From NCBI GenBank assembly GCA_022843305.1, contig JALHNX010000003.1, forward strand, positions 4,272 to 68,271: a stretch of DNA of 64,000 bases, in the 5' to 3' direction. The notes under the pieces were generated by a model, which was given only the letters and a program-made list of their open reading frames with translations, searched no databases and was not told where the DNA came from. Below, one piece after another: positions 41,682 through 51,552 of the stretch (position 1 is its first letter; each line of letters starts with the position of its first letter). Both the position numbers and the translations under genes were made by a program. The DNA comes from Pyrinomonadaceae bacterium. Lineage in GTDB: Bacteria > Acidobacteriota > Blastocatellia > Pyrinomonadales > Pyrinomonadaceae.

Positions 41682-44513
41682 ATGCAAGCAGTAAAGTCAA
41701 AAGAAGAATCAATCGAAGTTCGCGGAGCGCGGGTTCACAATCTGAAGAACATCTCGTTTCGCCTTCCGCTCAATAAATTAACAGTCGTCACGGGCGTTTC
41801 CGGTTCGGGAAAATCATCTCTCGCGTTCGATACGATTTACGCCGAAGGGCAAAGAAGATACGTCGAATCGCTTTCGGCATATGCGCGGCAGTTTCTTGAA
41901 CGAATGGACAAACCCGACGTTGACGAGATTTTGGGAATCGCGCCGGCAATTGCGATTCGACAAAAAAATTCGACGCGCAATCCGCGCTCGACCGTCGCCA
42001 CACAAACCGAAATTTACGATTATCTGCGCCTGCTTTTTGCGCGTGTCGGGCAGACGTTTTGTTATGTCTGCTCGCGGGAAGTAAAAAAGGATTCGCCCGA
42101 ATCGGCGGCTGACGAAATTCTTGAAAATCTGGCGGAAGGAACGCGGTTTTACGTCCTTTTTCCCGCCGAACACGATTTTGAAATCAAACCCCAAAAGACC
42201 AAAACCAAAGACCAAAACCCGATTCCGCATCTGATGAGCCTGATGCAGCAAGGTTTTACGCGACTTTTCCGCGACGGCAAAACGATCGAACTTCAAAAAC
42301 CCGAAGATTATCCGTTTAAGGATTTTGAAAACACGTTCGTGATGATTGACCGCCTGAAAGCCGACAAATCAATTCGTCAAAGATTAGTTGATTCGCTCGA
42401 AATCTGTTTCCGCGAAAGCGGCGCGGGCGTGATTAAAACGGCAGAACCGTCTGCGGTAGCGGATGGTTTACGCGTCGGAACATTCAACTTTTCGGAAAAA
42501 TTTATCTGCAAATACGACGGCACGCTTTACGAAGAACCCGAACCGCGTCTTTTCAGTTTTAATTCGCCGTTCGGGGCGTGTCCGCTTTGTCAGGGTTTCG
42601 GCAACACGATTGACATTGATTTCGAGTTGGTTGTGCCGAACGCGAATCTTTCCATCGAAGACGACGCGGTCGAGCCTTTTTCGCGCCCGCAATACGATTG
42701 GGCGAAAAAGGAACTTTTGCGATTTGCGCGAAACGAAGGAATTGACACGAAAATTCCTTTTGCCGATTTAGCGGGCGAAGAAAAACGCGTAATTTTTGAA
42801 GGCAAGCGCGGTTGGCGCGGTGTGCGCGGATTTTTCAACTGGCTCGAAACGAAAAAATACAAACTCCACGTCCGCGTTTTTATGGCAAAATATCGCGGCT
42901 ACACGACTTGCCCGGAATGCAAAAGCGGAAGATTGCGGAAGGAAGCGCAAGCCGTGCGGGTCGGCGGAAAATCGTTGCCCGAAGTCGTTAATTTTGCGAT
43001 CAACGACGCGCAAAACTTTTTTGATACGCTGGAATTATCCGAAGAACGCGAAAAGATTGCCGAAAAACTTCTTTTGGAAGTCCGCCGCCGTTTGAAATTT
43101 CTGGTTGATGTCGGGTTGGATTATTTAACGCTAAACCGGCTTGCTTCAACGCTGTCGGGCGGCGAAGCACAGCGCATTCAACTGGCGACAAACCTCGGTT
43201 CGCTGCTCGTCGGCGCACTTTACGTTTTGGACGAACCTTCAATCGGACTTCATCCGCGAGACAATTCAAGATTGGTAAAAATTCTCGAAAACCTGCGCGA
43301 CATCGGCAACACGGTGCTGGTTGTCGAACACGACGAAGAAATGATGCGCTCGGCTGACCATATTCTCGACATCGGGCTTTACGCGGGCGAACTCGGCGGA
43401 AATCTGGTTTACGAAGGCGATTTTGTCGGGCTGATTCAGGACGATATTTCGCTGACTGCCAAATATTTGCGCGGTGATCTGGAAATCAAAGTTCCGCAGA
43501 AACGAAAAGAGCCGACCAAGCAAAAAATCGAAATCAAAGGCGCGCGCGAAAACAATCTGAAAAACATTTCGGTCGAAATTCCGCTCGATATGTTGGTTTG
43601 CGTAACCGGCGTTTCGGGTAGTGGAAAATCAACGCTCGTGCATGACATTCTTTACGCCGGAATCAAGAAACAACGCGGCGAATGGCAGGGTCAGGTCGGA
43701 CATTTCAAGGAAATCAAAGGCGCGGAGCTGGTTGACGACATCATTCTGGTTGACCAATCGCCGATTGGCAGAACGCCGCGCTCGAATCCCGTGACATACA
43801 TCAAGGCTTACGATGCGATCCGCGAAGTTCTCGCTTCGACCAACGCTTCAAAAGCAAAAGGCTTTAACGCTTCGCATTTTTCGTTCAACGTTCCGGGCGG
43901 ACGCTGCGAAACCTGTCAGGGAAGCGGAACGGTAACGGTCGAAATGCAGTTTTTGGCGGACATCGAACTGACCTGCGAAGACTGTCGCGGAACGCGTTTC
44001 CGCGACGAAATCCTCGATGTCAAATACAAGGGCAAAAACATCGCCGAAGTTTTGCAGTTGACCGTCCGTGAAGCGATTTTGTTTTTCAAGGAAACCGCAA
44101 AATTAGTCAATAAATTAAAAGTCATTGAAGCCGTCGGACTCGGTTATTTAAGATTAGGACAATCGGCAACGACACTTTCGGGCGGCGAAGCGCAGCGCGT
44201 CAAATTGGCGGCGCATTTAGCGACGAAAACAAAATCGAAAACGCTTTTTATCTTTGACGAACCGACAACCGGCTTGCATTTCGACGACATCAACAAACTG
44301 CTGACCGCGTTTCGCGCATTGATCGAAAACGGCGGAAGTCTGCTCGTCATCGAACACAATCCGGACGTCATAAAAACCGCCGATTACGTCATTGATCTCG
44401 GACCCGAAGGCGGCACAGGCGGCGGCGAAATCGTCGCCACGGGAACGCCTGAAGAAATTGTCAAAGTAGAAAATTCGCACACCGGACAATACTTAATGGA
44501 ATATTTGAATTAG
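41682..44513 (+). CDS. uvrA: Excinuclease ABC subunit A
   Basis: ATG at 41682. [14 protein letters not shown], two Walker A motifs ([12 protein letters not shown] and [11 protein letters not shown]), ABC signatures LSGGEAQR (twice), and zinc-finger Cys pairs. Confidence 0.97.
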   Translation: MQAVKSKEESIEVRGARVHNLKNISFRLPLNKLTVVTGVSGSGKSSLAFDTIYAEGQRRYVESLSAYARQFLERMDKPDVDEILGIAPAIAIRQKNSTRNPRSTVATQTEIYDYLRLLFARVGQTFCYVCSREVKKDSPESAADEILENLAEGTRFYVLFPAEHDFEIKPQKTKTKDQNPIPHLMSLMQQGFTRLFRDGKTIELQKPEDYPFKDFENTFVMIDRLKADKSIRQRLVDSLEICFRESGAGVIKTAEPSAVADGLRVGTFNFSEKFICKYDGTLYEEPEPRLFSFNSPFGACPLCQGFGNTIDIDFELVVPNANLSIEDDAVEPFSRPQYDWAKKELLRFARNEGIDTKIPFADLAGEEKRVIFEGKRGWRGVRGFFNWLETKKYKLHVRVFMAKYRGYTTCPECKSGRLRKEAQAVRVGGKSLPEVVNFAINDAQNFFDTLELSEEREKIAEKLLLEVRRRLKFLVDVGLDYLTLNRLASTLSGGEAQRIQLATNLGSLLVGALYVLDEPSIGLHPRDNSRLVKILENLRDIGNTVLVVEHDEEMMRSADHILDIGLYAGELGGNLVYEGDFVGLIQDDISLTAKYLRGDLEIKVPQKRKEPTKQKIEIKGARENNLKNISVEIPLDMLVCVTGVSGSGKSTLVHDILYAGIKKQRGEWQGQVGHFKEIKGAELVDDIILVDQSPIGRTPRSNPVTYIKAYDAIREVLASTNASKAKGFNASHFSFNVPGGRCETCQGSGTVTVEMQFLADIELTCEDCRGTRFRDEILDVKYKGKNIAEVLQLTVREAILFFKETAKLVNKLKVIEAVGLGYLRLGQSATTLSGGEAQRVKLAAHLATKTKSKTLFIFDEPTTGLHFDDINKLLTAFRALIENGGSLLVIEHNPDVIKTADYVIDLGPEGGTGGGEIVATGTPEEIVKVENSHTGQYLMEYLN

Positions 44514-44518
44514 ATTCC

Positions 44519-44591
44519 GCCCACGAAACACACGAAAAATACGAAATAATTTTTGACTTTATTTTTCGTTTCTTTCGTGTGTTTCGTGGGC
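44519..44591. repeat. Palindromic intergenic element, family A copy 3
   Basis: GCCCACGAAACACACGAAAAATACGAAA...TTTCGTTTCTTTCGTGTGTTTCGTGGGC. It starts 6 nt after the uvrA stop and ends 10 nt before the next ATG. Confidence 0.85.
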
Positions 44592-44601
44592 AAAAATAAA
44601 T

Positions 44602-45723
44602 ATGGATTTAGAAACCATCAAAACACCGTCGCTGATCGTTGATTTTCAAAGAATGAAACGCAATGCCGGGCAAATTACAGCTCGCGCCAAAGCGTTAAAT
44701 GTCGCTTTGCGTCCGCACGTTAAAACGCATCGCTGTCTTGAGATTGCGCGGCTTCAAACCGAAAACAACTTCGGCGGAATTATGGTTTCGACGCTTTCGG
44801 AAGCGCATTTTTTCGCTGAAAACGGGTTTTCGGATATAACTTACGGTGTGCCAATCGAGCGCGGAAAATTTGCGGAAGTAATTGCGATTTCCAAAACTAT
44901 TGAACGTTTTGCAGTTTTGACGACGGACGCGGAAACGATTGAAGGATTAAACAACGCGGCGAAACACGAAAACGCGAAACTCGGTGTTTTTCTGAAAGTT
45001 GATGTCGGTTATCATCGCTGCGGAGTCGAACCGCACACGAACGAAGCGTTTGAAATTCCCCGAAAAATCAGCGATTCGACAAACCTCGATTTCGCCGGAA
45101 TTCTGACACACGCCGGACATTCCTATCACGCCGACACGCCCGAAAAACTGCTTGCGGTCGCGCAAGAAGAAAGAAATAAAATGCGCGATCTGGCGGAAGA
45201 ACTTCGCCGAAAAGGAGTTGAAGTTCCAACCGTCAGCATCGGTTCAACGCCGACGATGAGCGCGATTGACAACACGGAAGGCATCACCGAACTGCGCTGC
45301 GGAAACTATATTTTTTACGACGCTTTTCAGGCGACTTTGGGAAGCTGTAATGTTTCCGATTGCGCTTTAACCGTTCTCGCGGCGGTCGTTCACCGGGATT
45401 CGACGCGCCGAAAAATCGTCGTTGACGCAGGCGCGGTCGCCCTTTCCAAAGATCGCGGCGCGGTCGAATTCGACGCGCATTGCGGTTATGGGCGCGTTTA
45501 CGATTTGGCGGGAAACGATTTAGCTTTGCGCGTCGGTTCGCTTTCGCAGGAACACGGCGAGATTTTTGTTGAAGATGAAAAGATTTTTAATAGTTTAAAA
45601 GTCGGCTCGCGCGTTCGAATCTTAGCAAATCATTCTTGTTTAACTGCCTTGCAGCATTCGCATTATCACATTCTCAACGGCGGAAAAATCGTTGACCGCT
45701 GGGAAATCAATCGCGGTTGGTAA
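44602..45723 (+). CDS. PLP-dependent D-threonine aldolase / D-serine dehydratase-like (DSD1 family, alanine-racemase fold)
   Basis: TPSLIVDFQRMKRN, the PLP-lysine context LRPHVKTHRC, and the C-terminal SQEHG...ANHSCLT. Confidence 0.8.
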   Translation: MDLETIKTPSLIVDFQRMKRNAGQITARAKALNVALRPHVKTHRCLEIARLQTENNFGGIMVSTLSEAHFFAENGFSDITYGVPIERGKFAEVIAISKTIERFAVLTTDAETIEGLNNAAKHENAKLGVFLKVDVGYHRCGVEPHTNEAFEIPRKISDSTNLDFAGILTHAGHSYHADTPEKLLAVAQEERNKMRDLAEELRRKGVEVPTVSIGSTPTMSAIDNTEGITELRCGNYIFYDAFQATLGSCNVSDCALTVLAAVVHRDSTRRKIVVDAGAVALSKDRGAVEFDAHCGYGRVYDLAGNDLALRVGSLSQEHGEIFVEDEKIFNSLKVGSRVRILANHSCLTALQHSHYHILNGGKIVDRWEINRGW

Positions 45724-45734
45724 AGAGCTGAAAA

Positions 45735-45916
45735 CGTGAGTATTGGATAAGAAATTTGTCTGACGGAACGCCGTCATCTTGACGGCACACGCCGCGCCGA
45801 GCGGCGTAAAAGCGTTTCATTCAACTTAAAACTTGAAATTAGAGCGAGGATTTTAGCGTTTTTCAAACGCTGTGCCGTCAAGATGACGGCGTTCCTTGCT
45901 TATCCAATACTGACGT
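45735..45916. mobile_element. MITE-like element: 17-bp terminal inverted repeats enclosing family B copy 2, flanked by a 9-bp direct repeat
   Basis: Outer TIRs CGTGAGTATTGGATAAG (45735-45751) and CTTATCCAATACTGACG (45899-45915). Inner arms GGAACGCCGTCATCTTGACGGCACA (45765-45789) and TGTGCCGTCAAGATGACGGCGTTCC (45871-45895). Flanking AGCTGAAAA at 45726-45734 and 45917-45925. No ORF inside. Confidence 0.7.
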
Positions 45917-45927
45917 AGCTGAAAAGT

Positions 45928-46413
45928 TTATTCTCCCGCTTTTTGTTTAATTAATTCGATTATTTCATCCGACAGCCAAAGTCTTTCCTTCTGAACTCTG
46001 GTTAATGTTTCGGAAACTGACCCGATTAAACCTTTTTGTTTAGCTAAAATTAATGCGCCGCCGGTTCCCAAAAACGGAATTTTCAGAACCTTAGCGCATT
46101 TTCCGGCGGCAAAATCATCAAGCATGACAACTGAATCTGAACTTGCCCGCGCGAGATTAAGGACGGCTGATTCACCATCACCGAGATTATAACTTTTGAC
46201 GGTTTCGTCTGAATTTTCAACTAAAATTTGTTTAAAAGTAATGAGTAAAGGAAGTTTTTTTCTGGCAGTATCGTATTTTCTTCCTGCTAAAACTTCTTGC
46301 CAAACGGCATCAGGAACAAGAACTTCTTCAAAGAGTTCGGACAGAATATGTTCTAAATCGCTTTTCAGCAGAATAATTAAAGGCGACGAATCAACGATAA
46401 TTTTCTTAACCAA
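45928..46413 (-). CDS. DUF3368-family PIN-like toxin candidate
   Basis: KKIIVDSSPLIILLKSDLEHIL...VLVPDAVWQEV fits the DUF3368/PIN-like pattern. It overlaps the upstream small gene by 8 nt. Confidence 0.7.
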   Translation of the reverse strand: MVKKIIVDSSPLIILLKSDLEHILSELFEEVLVPDAVWQEVLAGRKYDTARKKLPLLITFKQILVENSDETVKSYNLGDGESAVLNLARASSDSVVMLDDFAAGKCAKVLKIPFLGTGGALILAKQKGLIGSVSETLTRVQKERLWLSDEIIELIKQKAGE

Positions 46414-46657
46414 GACTCAATTCCTCGTCCAATTCTTCTTTCGAATACTGCCACGCCGAAACACGATAGCGGGATAAAACATCAAGAAATTCGGCGCGTG
46501 AAAGTCCGAGAATTTCCGCCGCTTTCCCCTGCGAAAGAATGCCGAGTTCAAACCATTTGACAACCGCCGCGACCAATATTTCGCGTCCCAATTTATCCTG
46601 CGTCGTCCCCAAAGCCGTCAACGCCGTTTCCGGTAAATCTATTGATGCAGTATTCAT
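46406..46657 (-). CDS. UPF0175-family antitoxin candidate
   Basis: ATG at 46657. LGILSQGKAAEILGLSRAEFLDVLSRYRVS is the typical UPF0175 C-terminal HTH. Confidence 0.7.
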   Translation of the reverse strand: MNTASIDLPETALTALGTTQDKLGREILVAAVVKWFELGILSQGKAAEILGLSRAEFLDVLSRYRVSAWQYSKEELDEELSLG

Positions 46658-46736
46658 ATTTTTATCCTTTCGCAATCTTGATAACAAATCGAATCGCCGA
46701 CCGGACTCTTAAATTAAATCAAAGCCGAAAAACTTG

Positions 46737-47054
46737 TCAAGAAAAATCTTCGCCGTCGCCGAACACTTTGCGCCATGCGGGGGCGATCTGTTCGAGGACT
46801 TTGCAGTCGCAGTAGCCGCCGTTTTGCTGGAGCCACGAGCTGACTTTCGGGAAATTCAGGCGGTTTTCCATCATAAACTGCATCGCAAATCTCAGGGAAT
46901 GATTGCATTCTTCGCGTTCGAGTTTGTCTTCGAGATATTCGAAAAGGTCTTCGACATCGTATTGTCCGGCGGGAAAACTTTCCAGAAACTCTTCGAGTTC
47001 TTCGCCGCTCATTTGTTCCAGATTATCTATTTCACGTTTTTTTAATATCGCCAT
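46737..47054 (-). CDS. DUF2695-like small cytoplasmic protein
   Basis: CNHSLRFAMQFM...VSSWLQQNGGYCDCKVL. The Cys/His pattern matches what I recall for DUF2695. Confidence 0.6.
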   Translation of the reverse strand: MAILKKREIDNLEQMSGEELEEFLESFPAGQYDVEDLFEYLEDKLEREECNHSLRFAMQFMMENRLNFPKVSSWLQQNGGYCDCKVLEQIAPAWRKVFGDGEDFS

Positions 47055-47091
47055 AGATTGATTTTCGGTTAAATCCGCAGTTTTTTCAATT

Positions 47092-47439
47092 TCACGCTTT
47101 TTCGCGCGTTATGGATTCGATGAACGCGTAAAACAAAAACCACAATAAACTGCAAATTCCGAGACACGGAAGCAGAAACATTTTGAAGAATGTCCAGAAA
47201 ACCTTATTTCCCAGATTATATGAACTTGCCGTCGAGGTGTAGCAGAAATAGCTTCTTTGCAGACTCATAAAAACCATCTTTCCTTCGCAGACGAAACTTC
47301 CCGCCCAATCGGTGAAAATGACAGGCACGAAAAATCCTGCCATAACGGCGAAGAATGTTCCCGTCAAAACGCCTAAGATCAGCGAATAGATGACGGCTTT
47401 AATTATTTTCCTGTTCGACTTCGGTTTTATTTCCTTCAT
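47092..47439 (-). CDS. Small membrane protein, hypothetical
   Basis: Three hydrophobic helices. The ATG at 47439 overlaps the MFS gene end by 41 nt, so the start is uncertain. Confidence 0.45.
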   Translation of the reverse strand: MKEIKPKSNRKIIKAVIYSLILGVLTGTFFAVMAGFFVPVIFTDWAGSFVCEGKMVFMSLQRSYFCYTSTASSYNLGNKVFWTFFKMFLLPCLGICSLLWFLFYAFIESITREKA

Positions 47440-48682
47440 TTCTGAGTTTTTCTTCTTCCAGTTTACGCTTCAAGCCTTCGCGCCCGTCGTATTTTATAAA
47501 TTTCGGTAAAAGTATGGCTAAAATTATCGTCCCGACAACCGTCAGAACGCCGCCCGAGATGATCGAGGTTTTGACGTCGGTAAAATACGCGACGACGCCC
47601 GATTCGGCATCGCCGAGCATCGGTCCCGTTAAGAAACTTATCATCTCGATTCCGGCGAGCCGCCCGCGAAAATGTTCCGGCACGGTCTGATTCCAGATCG
47701 TCTGGCGAAAAATTCCCGAAATCATATCGAAATATCCCGCCAGCCCGAGAAAAAACAGCGCGAGATATAGGCTGTTCGAAAATCCGAACGCGGTGATCGC
47801 CAATCCCCAACCGGCGGCGGCGAGCGTGACCATCAAACCGTGCCGGTGAACCCATTGCGCCCAGCCCGATGTCAGCGTAGCGACGAGCGAGCCGACGGCG
47901 ATTGCCGAATAGAAAAATCCGACCGACGCGCCCGCGCCGAAGCTCACGGCAAGTGCCGGAAAAAGCGCTTTCGGCATTCCGAAAAACATCGCGTTGATGT
48001 CAACGAGATAAGTTCCCAGAAGTTCCTGACGACTTAAAGCGTAGCGGAAACCTTTGACGATTGACTGCAAATTCGGTCGGTCGGCATTCGCGGGCGGCGG
48101 CACGGCGCGAATCATCCAGACGGCGGCGAGCGAACCGGCAAACGTCAGTAAATCAATCAAATAAGCGATTGACGCGCCGTATTTGGCGATAATCACGCCG
48201 CCGATGATCGGGCTGATGATAAACCCGACTTCAAATCGAAGCGCGTTCAGCGAAGCAACCGCCGACATATATTCGAGCGGCACGATTTTCGGAATTAAGG
48301 CTTCAAACGAAGGTCTCTGCAAACCTGCAAGACCGGCGTGAATCGCCACCGCGACGAACAAAACCCAAACTTTCGGATTCGGCAAAAGCGCGTTTCCAAG
48401 CAAAATCGCGGTCGTTATCAGTTGCCCGATTTCCGTCAGACGCAGCATTTTACGGCGGTCAACTGAATCTGCCAGCGCGCCGCCGATAAACGCCAGAAAA
48501 AACATCGGCACAAATTCCGCCGCGCCGAGCAAGCCGACAAAAAGGCTCGATTCCGTCAGCTGATACATCTGCACGGGAACGACGATAAACGTCATCATCG
48601 TCCCAAAAAACGAAATCAACTGCCCGAAAAACAGCAGACGATAATCACGTGAGATTTTGAGCGGCGTGATGTCTAAAAGCAT
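47399..48682 (-). CDS. MFS transporter (EntS/MFS_3-like)
   Basis: About 12 predicted TM helices. The D-R-x-x-R-type loop GGALADSVDRRKML lies after TM2. Confidence 0.85.
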   Translation of the reverse strand: MLLDITPLKISRDYRLLFFGQLISFFGTMMTFIVVPVQMYQLTESSLFVGLLGAAEFVPMFFLAFIGGALADSVDRRKMLRLTEIGQLITTAILLGNALLPNPKVWVLFVAVAIHAGLAGLQRPSFEALIPKIVPLEYMSAVASLNALRFEVGFIISPIIGGVIIAKYGASIAYLIDLLTFAGSLAAVWMIRAVPPPANADRPNLQSIVKGFRYALSRQELLGTYLVDINAMFFGMPKALFPALAVSFGAGASVGFFYSAIAVGSLVATLTSGWAQWVHRHGLMVTLAAAGWGLAITAFGFSNSLYLALFFLGLAGYFDMISGIFRQTIWNQTVPEHFRGRLAGIEMISFLTGPMLGDAESGVVAYFTDVKTSIISGGVLTVVGTIILAILLPKFIKYDGREGLKRKLEEEKLRNEGNKTEVEQENN

Positions 48683-48757
48683 AGTTGGCAGTTGCAGTTA
48701 GCAGATTAAATCTTACACCAAAGCCCTGCCAACTGCCGACTGCCGCTGCCAACTGCT
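48683..48757. repeat. Hairpin with arms made of 6-7 nt units (AGTTGGC / CTGCCAA)
   Basis: Left arm AGTTGGCAGTTGCAGTTAGCAG (48683-48704). Right arm CTGCCAACTGCCGACTGCCGCTGCCAACTGCTG (48726-48757). Confidence 0.7.
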
Positions 48758-48764
48758 GTCCGAA

Positions 48765-50042
48765 TTAAGGCTTGACGTAATCCGTCCAAAAGAAAAGATA
48801 AGTCGCATAGAGATTGACGGCGAAGGAAATTATGTAGGCGAGCCATTCATACCATTGAATCTTTTTCGGACTGTTTTCGAGCAGAATGATAAACATCCAA
48901 GGCAAAAGAATCATCGCGTAGCGATAGCCGAATTGCCAGCCGCCGGGATTTCCGTGAATCCATAACACAAATGTCTGCAAGCAAATCGCCGCCCAAGCCG
49001 TATATTTCAGGACTTTATCGCGCCAACCGAAGCGGAATAAAAATAAAAGAAACGGACTACTCCACCAGATCGCGCCGCCGAATCCGCCGGGAACAAGATA
49101 CGGATAATGCGCCAATCTCTGCCACGGCGTGATGAGCATTTCTTTGACATTCAGCGGAATATACCGGATCGAAAAAATTCCGTGGGCGTACCACGGTTCC
49201 TGCAAAACGCCCGGACTCCGCGCATAGCCGAAATCCGTGAACGAATGAAAACGAATGTAATTGTAAACAAGAGTCGAAACCCCGAGAACGAACGGAACGG
49301 CGCAAAACTGTGCGAGATTTGCGATTTGGTGTTCGGTCTTTGGTTTTTGGTCTTCGGTCTTTGCAAGATTTTCCCATTCTCCTTTTCTCCCTTTATCCGC
49401 TTCTTTTTCACGCAAAAGCAGCCACATAAAAATCGGCGCGGTCAATAAAACTTCCGTGCGGTTGCCGAAAGCGAGCGCGAAAAATAGTCCGGCGAGAACG
49501 GGTCGGCGGTTGAAAACCGTGAAATAGATCGCGCCGAGTTCGCCCAAAACGGCAAAGCCCAACGCCAGTTGCCACGCACCCGCCATCGTCAGATTTGTCC
49601 ACATCCACGTGCCGAACAGGACGGCACAAACGAGCAAAACGCGTTTTTTCCGCTCCAGATCGTAATGTTCGGAAATCAAAAACAGAAACCGACAAATCGC
49701 GCCGGCAGTCAGCGCGGCAATCACGGATGCGGGCATTTCTTTGATCGCGCCGGCGAGCTTGAAAAAAGCGAACGGAATCATCGTCAAGACGCTGCCCAAA
49801 GGAAAAACCGAATACCAGTTTCCTTCAAACGGCACGAATTCATTCAGCCAGCTCGGCGGTTTTTCCTGAAAAGCGACCGCGCCGCGCAGGAAATTATCGG
49901 CGACGCGGAAAGTGTAATCATAATAATGCTGCGGCTTCGGATTGCTGTAATAATAAATCCAGAACGTGCCGACGACGAAGATAAAAATCAGTATTTTTCG
50001 ATTTTGAGATTTTCCTTCGTTCATTCCCGAAAAGTTTTCCAT
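48765..50042 (-). CDS. Polytopic membrane protein, GT-C-type glycosyltransferase-like (ArnT/PMT-like, tentative)
   Basis: More than 10 hydrophobic helices. ATG at 50042 lies 30 nt after the cca stop. The general architecture resembles GT39/GT83-type enzymes, but no motif was confirmed. Confidence 0.6.
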   Translation of the reverse strand: MENFSGMNEGKSQNRKILIFIFVVGTFWIYYYSNPKPQHYYDYTFRVADNFLRGAVAFQEKPPSWLNEFVPFEGNWYSVFPLGSVLTMIPFAFFKLAGAIKEMPASVIAALTAGAICRFLFLISEHYDLERKKRVLLVCAVLFGTWMWTNLTMAGAWQLALGFAVLGELGAIYFTVFNRRPVLAGLFFALAFGNRTEVLLTAPIFMWLLLREKEADKGRKGEWENLAKTEDQKPKTEHQIANLAQFCAVPFVLGVSTLVYNYIRFHSFTDFGYARSPGVLQEPWYAHGIFSIRYIPLNVKEMLITPWQRLAHYPYLVPGGFGGAIWWSSPFLLFLFRFGWRDKVLKYTAWAAICLQTFVLWIHGNPGGWQFGYRYAMILLPWMFIILLENSPKKIQWYEWLAYIISFAVNLYATYLFFWTDYVKP

Positions 50043-50071
50043 CGCTTTCGACGGTGCGGATTTTAGCCGAA

Positions 50072-51448
50072 TCAAAACATCTTTTTCGCTTCGTCAATCG
50101 CTTCGTCTAAATTCGTAATTTGCCCGTCGAGCTGTTTTTCGTAAACCGCATCGAGAATTGTCTTAAACTGCGGCGACGGTTTTAAGCCGAGTTCGATCAA
50201 ATATCTGCCCATCAAAATCGGTTGCGGAGCTTCGTGTTCGACATTTAATTCGCGCATTCGTTCGATAAACCATTCCTGCGCTTCCGCTTTGAACCATTTT
50301 TCCTTCGGCAGCCATTCGGGATTGCGTCCGAGACTGTCGGCTTTCGCCACGCGGTAAAGCAGATCCGGTTCGACTTTGCGCGCAAGGCGGCGAAACGCGC
50401 CGTCGCCGGGTTTCGATTTATAAAACATTCCGGGTGTCAGATGATAACGCACGAGTTGGACGATCTGACTGCGGACGTCGTAACCGTCAAGCGTGAAAAT
50501 CCCGAGTTTGTCCAAAAAAGAAAGCGTCGGCTCAACGCCCGCTTCGTCGTGCGCGTGCGAACGCCAGCGACCGTCGAAAAACTGCGTCGTCGCCGGTTTC
50601 CCGAAATCGTGACAAAGTGCGCCGAGCATCACCGTCACCTGCTTTGCAAACTCCAGATCGCCGATCAGCTTTCGCGCCTCGTCAACAACCATCAAAGTAT
50701 GTGTGTCAACCGGTCCCTCGGGATGCCATTCCGGCTCTTGCGGCACGCCGACAAGCGCGACGAGTTCGGGAAACAACTGATTTGCGATGCCTAGATCGTA
50801 AAAATACCGCAAACCGATCGAAGGTTTTTCGGATTTTAAAAGCAGTTTTTCAAGCTCGCCCCAGATTCTTTCTTTCGGTAAATCCGTTAAATCAATCGCG
50901 CGGCAGATTTCTCGCGTTTCGGCTTCGATTTCAAACTCGAACCGCGCGGCAAACTGCGCGGCACGCAAAACCCGCAAAGAATCTTCGGCAAAAGTTTCGC
51001 GTGAGACGACGCGCAGGAGTTTGTTTTTTATGTCTGCCTGTCCGCCAAAGCAGTCAATAATCTCGCCCGTCACCGCGTCCTGCATTATCGCGTTGATCGT
51101 AAAATCGCGCCTTTTGGCGGCTTCTTCAAACGGCATATCCTTGTCGCCTTCGACGACGAAACCGCGATGCCCGCGCCCGGTTTTGCGCTCGCGGCGCGGC
51201 AGTGAAACGTCCAGCTCCTGACCGATCTTATAAACCGTGAAGGCTTCGCCGACGGCGTTGACTTCGCCGAAATCGCTCAAAATTTCAAGCAACCGCGCCG
51301 GTTCGATACCGTAAATTTCCAAATCCCAATCCTTTGGTTCGATACCCATTAATTCGTCGCGCACACAACCACCGACGAGCATTGCGCGACCGCCGTCTTT
51401 ATCAATAATTTTAGCAAGTTCGATAACTTTGTTCGGAGGTTTTGTCAT
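50072..51448 (-). CDS. cca: CCA tRNA nucleotidyltransferase with HD domain
   Basis: ATG at 51448. GGCVRDELMG, DWDLE, RRDFTINA and HD-domain HDFGKP. Confidence 0.85.
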   Translation of the reverse strand: MTKPPNKVIELAKIIDKDGGRAMLVGGCVRDELMGIEPKDWDLEIYGIEPARLLEILSDFGEVNAVGEAFTVYKIGQELDVSLPRRERKTGRGHRGFVVEGDKDMPFEEAAKRRDFTINAIMQDAVTGEIIDCFGGQADIKNKLLRVVSRETFAEDSLRVLRAAQFAARFEFEIEAETREICRAIDLTDLPKERIWGELEKLLLKSEKPSIGLRYFYDLGIANQLFPELVALVGVPQEPEWHPEGPVDTHTLMVVDEARKLIGDLEFAKQVTVMLGALCHDFGKPATTQFFDGRWRSHAHDEAGVEPTLSFLDKLGIFTLDGYDVRSQIVQLVRYHLTPGMFYKSKPGDGAFRRLARKVEPDLLYRVAKADSLGRNPEWLPKEKWFKAEAQEWFIERMRELNVEHEAPQPILMGRYLIELGLKPSPQFKTILDAVYEKQLDGQITNLDEAIDEAKKMF

Positions 51449-51492
51449 AATGTCCAAATTCAAAAGTTATAGTTTAGAGCAATTACAGACAA

Positions 51493-51532
51493 AATAAAAA
51501 GACGAGTCCGATTATCGAAGCTCATCTTTTTA
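51493..51532 (-). terminator. Putative intrinsic terminator after the lipoprotein gene
   Basis: The minus strand reads AGATGAG-(14 nt)-CTCGTCT, including one G-U pair, followed by TTTTTATTTT. Confidence 0.5.
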
Positions 51533-51552
51533 TTTGAAATATTTTTTTCGTT

